Shown: positions 15,430 to 20,000 of the stretch, one piece after another
How positions within the stretch are numbered: position 1 is the first letter of the stretch
Layout: the number at the start of each line of letters is the position of its first letter
Assembly: GCA_046331705.1 (NCBI GenBank)
Contig: JAXLQJ010000037.1
Coordinates: forward strand, 58,633-78,632
Reading direction: 5' to 3'
From: a bacterium
GTDB taxonomy: Bacteria; JADJOY01
DNA: 20,000 bases
Notes under the pieces: model-generated
What the model saw: only the letters and a program-made list of their open reading frames with translations
The model's database searches: none
What the model was told of the DNA's origin: nothing
Position numbers and translations under genes: made by a program

Positions 15430-16229
15430 GCGCTCGCGGCGCGCTCGATCTCGCAGCCCAGCCGCCCGGAGACCTCGAGCGCCGCGTGCACGACCTTGCT
15501 GGCGATCTCGCGGGTCAGGCGGTCCGCCCCGAGCCGTGTCGCCGGCGCCGAGACGGTGATCGCGCCCACCACGCGGCCGGTGTAGTCGCGAATCGGCGCG
15601 GACACGCAGCGCACACCGTCCTCGTACTCCTCGTCCTCGGTCGCGTAGCCGTGGCGCGAGACCTTCGCGAGCTCCTTGCGGAGCGCGTCGGGATCGGTCA
15701 GCGTGCGCGACGTGAACGAGCGCAACGGCGCACCCAGGACGCGTTCGACCTCCGCATCGGGCTCGAACGCGAGCTGCACCTTCCCGGACGCGGTCGCGTG
15801 CGCGGGCAGATGAACGCCCACTTGCGCCACGACCCGAACCGTCTGACTCGCTTCCACCGCGTCGACGCACACGGCCTGCCCTGCGCGCAGCACCATCAGA
15901 CAGCAGGTCTCGTCGATGTCCCGCGCCAGCTCCGTCATGATCGGCCGCGCCTGACGGACCAGCCCCGTCTGCCGGATGTACGACTGTCCGAGCTCGAGGA
16001 TCTTGATCCCGAGCCGGTAATTCTCGGTCAGCTTGTTCTGCTCGACGTAGCCGCGCGCCTCGAGGGTGGCGAGCAGCCGGAAGACGTTGTTCTTGTGCAG
16101 CTTGAGCTTCCGCGACAGCTCGGTGACGCCGTACTCGGCGACGTCGCCCTTGAACTCCTCGAGCACGTCGAGCGCGTGCGCAACCGACTGGATCAGGTAG
16201 TTCGTCTTGTCGCGACGGTTCTTGGCCAC
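15426..16229 (-). CDS. IclR-family transcriptional regulator
   Basis: N-terminal winged HTH (IQSVAHALDVLE...GVTELSRKLKLHKNNVFRLLATLEARGYVEQ...YRLG), plus PAHATASGKVQLAF and the IclR signature GYATEDEEYEDGVRCVSAPI. Confidence 0.95.
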   Translation of the reverse strand: MAKNRRDKTNYLIQSVAHALDVLEEFKGDVAEYGVTELSRKLKLHKNNVFRLLATLEARGYVEQNKLTENYRLGIKILELGQSYIRQTGLVRQARPIMTELARDIDETCCLMVLRAGQAVCVDAVEASQTVRVVAQVGVHLPAHATASGKVQLAFEPDAEVERVLGAPLRSFTSRTLTDPDALRKELAKVSRHGYATEDEEYEDGVRCVSAPIRDYTGRVVGAITVSAPATRLGADRLTREIASKVVHAALEVSGRLGCEIERAASA

Positions 16230-16256
16230 GGCGATCTCGCCTCAGCGCGGAACCGT

Positions 16257-16265
16257 ATTGTAACA
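16257..16265 (-). promoter_or_regulatory. Extended -10 promoter element for the IclR-GT9 pair
   Basis: Minus strand TGtTACAAT, 27 nt upstream of the GTG start, in an AT-richer patch. The -35 is poor. Confidence 0.65.
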
Positions 16266-16434
16266 GCGTTTGAGCGGAAAAGGCCAGCGAATTTCGCTCG
16301 TCGACAGCGGATGGAGAAACCACTTCGAGAAACCGTTTTGCCGCCGCCGGCGACGACGACGATGGCCCCCCGCGGCGCGGCGCGGGTGCCGTGCCCCCAG
16401 CGCGCCCGCCGCGGCTCGCAGCGCGGCGGCGACG

Positions 16435-17982
16435 TCACGCGGCCGGCGCTTCCAGACGGCGGCGGATGAGCGACGCCAGCAGCCGGATCTCCGGCATGAA
16501 ACGGTAGAACCGGAGCGCGATCCGCGCGCGCACCAGCGCGCCGTACGCCCGCACCAGCCCGCGCACCGCCACGCCGTCGAGGAGGTATTCGGCGAGGGTG
16601 CGCCCGTCCACGAAGCCGGTGAAGAGCGAGGCGTTGCGCAAGAAGCGCTGGGTTCGGGCATCGAGCCACGGGTAGTCGATGCGGTTCCAGTGGTAGCGAC
16701 TCCACGCCTCCAGCGTCTGCGGCAGCTTCACCCCCAACGCCTCCGCCTTCGGGAAGAGCGGTGTGCCGGGATAGACCGCCAGGAGGTGGAGCTGGGTCAG
16801 GCGCGCTGCGGGATGATCGCGCTTGAGGGCGCGCATCAGATCCAACGTCGCTTGCAGGCGCTCCGGCGTCTCCTCCGGGAACCCGGCCATGAAGCTGTAC
16901 ACCGGCACGATCCCCACACGGGCGAGCTTCCGATTCGCCTCGCGCACGTCGCCGCCGACGATGCGCTTGTTCACCGAGTCCAGGATCTCCGGGCTCGCGG
17001 TCTCGACGCCGACGTAGAGCTGCACGAAGCCCGCGCGCCGCCACAGCGCGAGGTCGGCCGCGTCGATCCGCACCAGGTACTCGAGCAGGCAATTCGCCTT
17101 GAGCCGATACGGGCTGCCACGGGCGATCAATCGTTCGCAGAGCTCGTTGACGCGATGGCGGTTGGCGAAGAAATCGTCGTCACCGACGTAGAACGCCCGC
17201 ACGTCGAACGCCGCCGCGAGATGATCGAGCTCCTCGAGCACCCGCGCCGGGCTCTGGGCGCGCCAACGACGGTTGTTGAACGGCACGTTGTAGCAATACG
17301 AACACGCATGCGGGCACCCGCGGCTGGTGGCGATTCGCAGATCCCAGTCGCCGAGGACCTGGCGCGTGCGGTAGCGACGGAAGTCCACCAGCTCGGTCGA
17401 GAGTCGCGGCAACGCGTCGAGATCGAGGAACGGGCGGTCGGGCGCGTGGCGCACCAGGCCGTGCGCATCGCGTGCGCTCACCCCCGCCACCGTCCATGGC
17501 TCGCGTCCGGCCCCGACCGCGGCCACCAGCTCGAGCGCCGTCGCCTCGCCCTCGCCGCGGACGATCGCGTCCGCGAGCGGATGGGCGAGCGTCTGCTCGG
17601 CCATGAGCGAGGGGTGCACCCCGCCCCAGACGATCGGCGTTCGCGGCGCGAGCGCCCGCGCGGTCTGCGCCGCCGCCAGCGCGCCGCGGATCTGGAACCC
17701 CGTCATCGAGCTCACGCCCACGTACGCGGGCTCGAGCTCGCGTATCGCGCTGGCGAGGGCGTCGAGCGGACTCGGCTCGACGCGCTCGTCCACGATGCGC
17801 ACCCGTACGCCGTGTGCTTCGAGATAACTGCCCACCGACAGGACCGAGAGCGGCAGCGACACCATGCCCTCGCGGTCCCAGCCCGTCCGCGGATAGAAGA
17901 GCACCACGCTCGGCCGCGCCGGCGGCACCGTGGCGGCGCGCGAAGCGATCGCCGGCACCGCGGCGCGAGGCATCGCGGTCAC
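16435..17982 (-). CDS. B12-binding-domain radical SAM protein (class B methyltransferase-like), copy 2
   Basis: N-terminal cobalamin-binding Rossmann domain (VGVSSMTG, WGGVHPSL, GEGE), TSRGCPHACSYCYN (CxxxCxxC), GVETAS and YPGTPLF. Start GTG 17982 overlaps the upstream stop (GTGA); alternative ATG 17973. Confidence 0.9.
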   Translation of the reverse strand: MTAMPRAAVPAIASRAATVPPARPSVVLFYPRTGWDREGMVSLPLSVLSVGSYLEAHGVRVRIVDERVEPSPLDALASAIRELEPAYVGVSSMTGFQIRGALAAAQTARALAPRTPIVWGGVHPSLMAEQTLAHPLADAIVRGEGEATALELVAAVGAGREPWTVAGVSARDAHGLVRHAPDRPFLDLDALPRLSTELVDFRRYRTRQVLGDWDLRIATSRGCPHACSYCYNVPFNNRRWRAQSPARVLEELDHLAAAFDVRAFYVGDDDFFANRHRVNELCERLIARGSPYRLKANCLLEYLVRIDAADLALWRRAGFVQLYVGVETASPEILDSVNKRIVGGDVREANRKLARVGIVPVYSFMAGFPEETPERLQATLDLMRALKRDHPAARLTQLHLLAVYPGTPLFPKAEALGVKLPQTLEAWSRYHWNRIDYPWLDARTQRFLRNASLFTGFVDGRTLAEYLLDGVAVRGLVRAYGALVRARIALRFYRFMPEIRLLASLIRRRLEAPAA

Positions 17983-19469
17983 AGCACGTGCGCCTGGACG
18001 AAGCGCAGCAGCCGCGGCATCACGGCCCAGCGGAAATCGAGCCGCTCGACGCGCCTGCGCATGGCGGGGGCGACCAGGCGCGCGACGAAGCGGAAGAGTC
18101 GCGAGCGCACGAAGAGGTATTCCGGCGACAGCAGCACGGTGGCGTAGTAGAGCCACAAGCGGCGCGCACGCTCGCGCGCGCTCAGCCAGCCGAGCTTCAC
18201 GCCGCCGTAGTTGTAGCTCGCGAACGTGCCCCATTGCTCGAGCGTCGCGGGCGCCACGAATCCCCGCGCCTGCGCCAGCTCGTAGAGCTCGGTGCCCGGA
18301 TAAGGCAGGAACGGCTTGATGTTCCCGATGGTGGCACCGGGATGCTCGACCTCGAGCCGCAGCATCGCGCGGATCGTCGCGGCGAGCTCCTCGTCGGTCT
18401 CGTCGGGAATCCCGCTCATGAAGCTGTAGGTCGGCTCGATCCCGGCGGCGGCGAGGCGCCGATTCACCGCGAACAGGTCGTCGACGCGGTAGTCCTTGCG
18501 AATCGAGTCGAGCACCCGCTGCGAGCCCGACTCGGCGCCCACCAGCACCTCGCGCAAGCCACACGCGCTGAGCACGCGCAGCTCCTCGATCGTCCACTTC
18601 CGCAGGTTCTGCACGTGGGCCCCGAGCACCGACCACTGAAGGCGTGGCAGCGCCGCGTGCAGCGCTTCGGCGATCGCGCGCACGCGCTCCCGGCTCACGA
18701 AGAAGTTGTCGTCGAGAAACTGGACGTGGTCGAGGTCGAGCCTCCTCACCAGCTCGCCGACCTCCTGCGCGACCCGCTCGGCCTCGATCGGCTTCCAGCG
18801 CGCGCCGCCGAAGAACGCGACGTTGTAGCAAAAGGAGCACCGAAAGGGGCACCCCCTGGACGAGAACACGCTGAGCGTGCGCCCGAATCGGATGCGCCGG
18901 ACGTAGCGGCGCAGATCGAGCAGCTCGTAGGGCAAGCGCGGCAGCGCGTCGGCAGCGAGCGCCGCGCGCGGCCCCGCGCTCGCCGGCACGCCGTCGTGTT
19001 TGTGCCAGAGCCCGCGGATGCCCACGGTGTCACCGCCCGCGGCGAGGGTGTCGCAGAGCGCGGCAAAGGTTTCCTCGCCCTCGCCTTGCACGACGAAGTC
19101 GAACGCCGGATGCGCGAGGGTCTCGGCGGGAAGCAGGCTGGGGTGAACACCGCCCGCGACCACGGGTGTGGAGCCGGCGCGGCGCACGCGCTCCGCGACG
19201 TCGATCGCATCCAGGATCTGCTTGCCCGTCATCGTGGTCACGCCGACCACCAGCGGGCGACGTCGCAAGGCCGCGTCGAGACGCCCGCGCCAGTCGCGCT
19301 CGATGCGTTGATCGATGAGCGTGACGCGGTATCGGCCCACCAGCGGTGCCGCCACGGCGAGCAGCCCGGCGGGTACGGTGCCGTCGCCGATGAAACGCCA
19401 ACCGTGCGGATTGACCAGCACGACTTCCGGGCGCGGGTCGGGCAACGTCCGTGAGATGAGCTCAGGCAT
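17979..19469 (-). CDS. B12-binding-domain radical SAM protein (class B methyltransferase-like), copy 1
   Basis: VGVTTMTG, AGGVHPSL, GEGEE, SSRGCPFRCSFCYN, DDNFF, GAESGS and PYPGTELY. Start reassigned to ATG 19469, downstream of the predicted promoter. Confidence 0.9.
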   Translation of the reverse strand: MPELISRTLPDPRPEVVLVNPHGWRFIGDGTVPAGLLAVAAPLVGRYRVTLIDQRIERDWRGRLDAALRRRPLVVGVTTMTGKQILDAIDVAERVRRAGSTPVVAGGVHPSLLPAETLAHPAFDFVVQGEGEETFAALCDTLAAGGDTVGIRGLWHKHDGVPASAGPRAALAADALPRLPYELLDLRRYVRRIRFGRTLSVFSSRGCPFRCSFCYNVAFFGGARWKPIEAERVAQEVGELVRRLDLDHVQFLDDNFFVSRERVRAIAEALHAALPRLQWSVLGAHVQNLRKWTIEELRVLSACGLREVLVGAESGSQRVLDSIRKDYRVDDLFAVNRRLAAAGIEPTYSFMSGIPDETDEELAATIRAMLRLEVEHPGATIGNIKPFLPYPGTELYELAQARGFVAPATLEQWGTFASYNYGGVKLGWLSARERARRLWLYYATVLLSPEYLFVRSRLFRFVARLVAPAMRRRVERLDFRWAVMPRLLRFVQAHVL

Positions 19470-19513
19470 GAAGCGCCGGGCAACGGGCGCGATCGAGGGG
19501 GTCGAGCGACCGG

Positions 19514-19543
19514 ATGGTAGGATGCCGGTCTTTCCCCTGTCAA
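19514..19543 (-). promoter_or_regulatory. Sigma-70 promoter for the radical SAM pair
   Basis: Minus strand TTGACA (19543-19538, perfect -35)-N18-TACCAT (19519-19514). Confidence 0.7.
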
Positions 19544-19583
19544 AAGCGCGCGGGACACCGTCGTGTCGATTTCGTCGAGGCGC

Positions 19584-20000
19584 ATGGACCCGACCGTTCC
19601 CCCGCCCCGCCGCCCGACTGCGCCGCACGCCGCCACCTGGCTCGCGTCGCTGGCGGTGCTGGTGTTCCACGCGCCGCTGCTCACGGGCCGCGTGCCCGAC
19701 GGCTTCGACGTCGTCAACGAGAAGCTCTTCTGGCGTACGTGGACGTTCGATCGCTTGCGCCACGGCGAGTGGCCGCTCTGGAATCCCGCGGTGCTGGGCG
19801 GCTATCCGATGCACGCGGACCCGGTGCAGGCGCTCTTCTATCCGCTCGAATGGATCCACCTGGTGTTGCCGCATCCCCTGGCGATCGGGGTCTCGTTCAC
19901 CGCGGCTGGGCTGATCGCGTGCTGGGGTGCCATTCGACTCGCGCGCGCCCTCGGCGCCGAGCCCTGGGGCGCGGCCGTCGCCGGCGTCGCGTGCGCCACG
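19584..20000 (+). CDS. YfhO-like GT-C membrane protein, N-terminal part only (runs off the window; absent from the ORF track)
   Basis: My translation from ATG 19584 (GAGG at 19577-19580) gives MDPTVPPPRRPTAPHAATWLASLAVLVFHAPLLTGRVPDGFDVVNEKLFWRTWTFDRLRHGEWPLWNPAVLGGYPMHADPVQALFYPLEW..., with no stop through 20000. GxxPLWNPxxxGGxP..A......FYP is characteristic of YfhO-type proteins. Confidence 0.85.
   Translation, partial: MDPTVPPPRRPTAPHAATWLASLAVLVFHAPLLTGRVPDGFDVVNEKLFWRTWTFDRLRHGEWPLWNPAVLGGYPMHADPVQALFYPLEWIHLVLPHPLAIGVSFTAAGLIACWGAIRLARALGAEPWGAAVAGVACAT

Noticed and set aside
15430-16323. 603-aa GT9 ORF, and the 805-aa and 631-aa radical SAM ORFs, read as multi-domain fusions
   Set aside because: The extra N-terminal parts overlap neighbouring genes in other frames or on the other strand. 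Stop/start overlaps (GTGA) and motif onset give the shorter starts.
16340-16434. GC-rich repeats (gccgccgcc, gacgacgacga, gcggcgcggcgcgg) and possible long-range pairing downstream of the second radical SAM gene
   Set aside because: This is low-complexity GC sequence that pairs easily by chance. It has no constant repeat-spacer structure, so it is not CRISPR, and there is no recognisable ncRNA.
19470-19583. Cobalamin riboswitch ahead of the B12 radical SAM genes
   Set aside because: The region is too short, with the predicted promoter about 45 nt from the start codon, and there is no B12-box.

Overview
High-GC (about 70% by eye) bacterial chromosomal DNA with about 15 densely packed genes. 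The IclR regulator, sigma-54-driven type IV pilin and enzyme mix suggest a Myxococcota/Deltaproteobacteria-like organism, which is an inference. Left to right: a 5'-truncated alpha/beta-hydrolase; an ArnT/PMT-like GT-C glycosyltransferase; a family-16-type protein methyltransferase divergent from a small basic Fis-HTH protein; a DUF99 (endonuclease V-like) gene; a large atypical diacylglycerol-kinase-fold protein; a membrane-anchored sulfatase-like gene split by a 1-nt frameshift; a degenerate GT2 fused to a SAM methyltransferase; pilA with a near-consensus sigma-54 promoter and intrinsic terminator; a thrC-metB pair in which both enzymes look plant-type; GT9; IclR; two tandem B12-binding radical SAM genes; and the start of a YfhO-like GT-C gene absent from the ORF track. 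I saw no RNA genes, CRISPR arrays or mobile elements. The best leads are (1) a plant-like O-phosphohomoserine Thr/Met branch-point operon, (2) a possible pilin or surface-glycan tailoring module downstream of pilA, (3) a putative nucleoid protein with an ARKSxGG tail paired with a lysine-methyltransferase-like gene, and (4) the remodelled lipid-kinase-fold protein. All family assignments come from motif recognition, not database searches.
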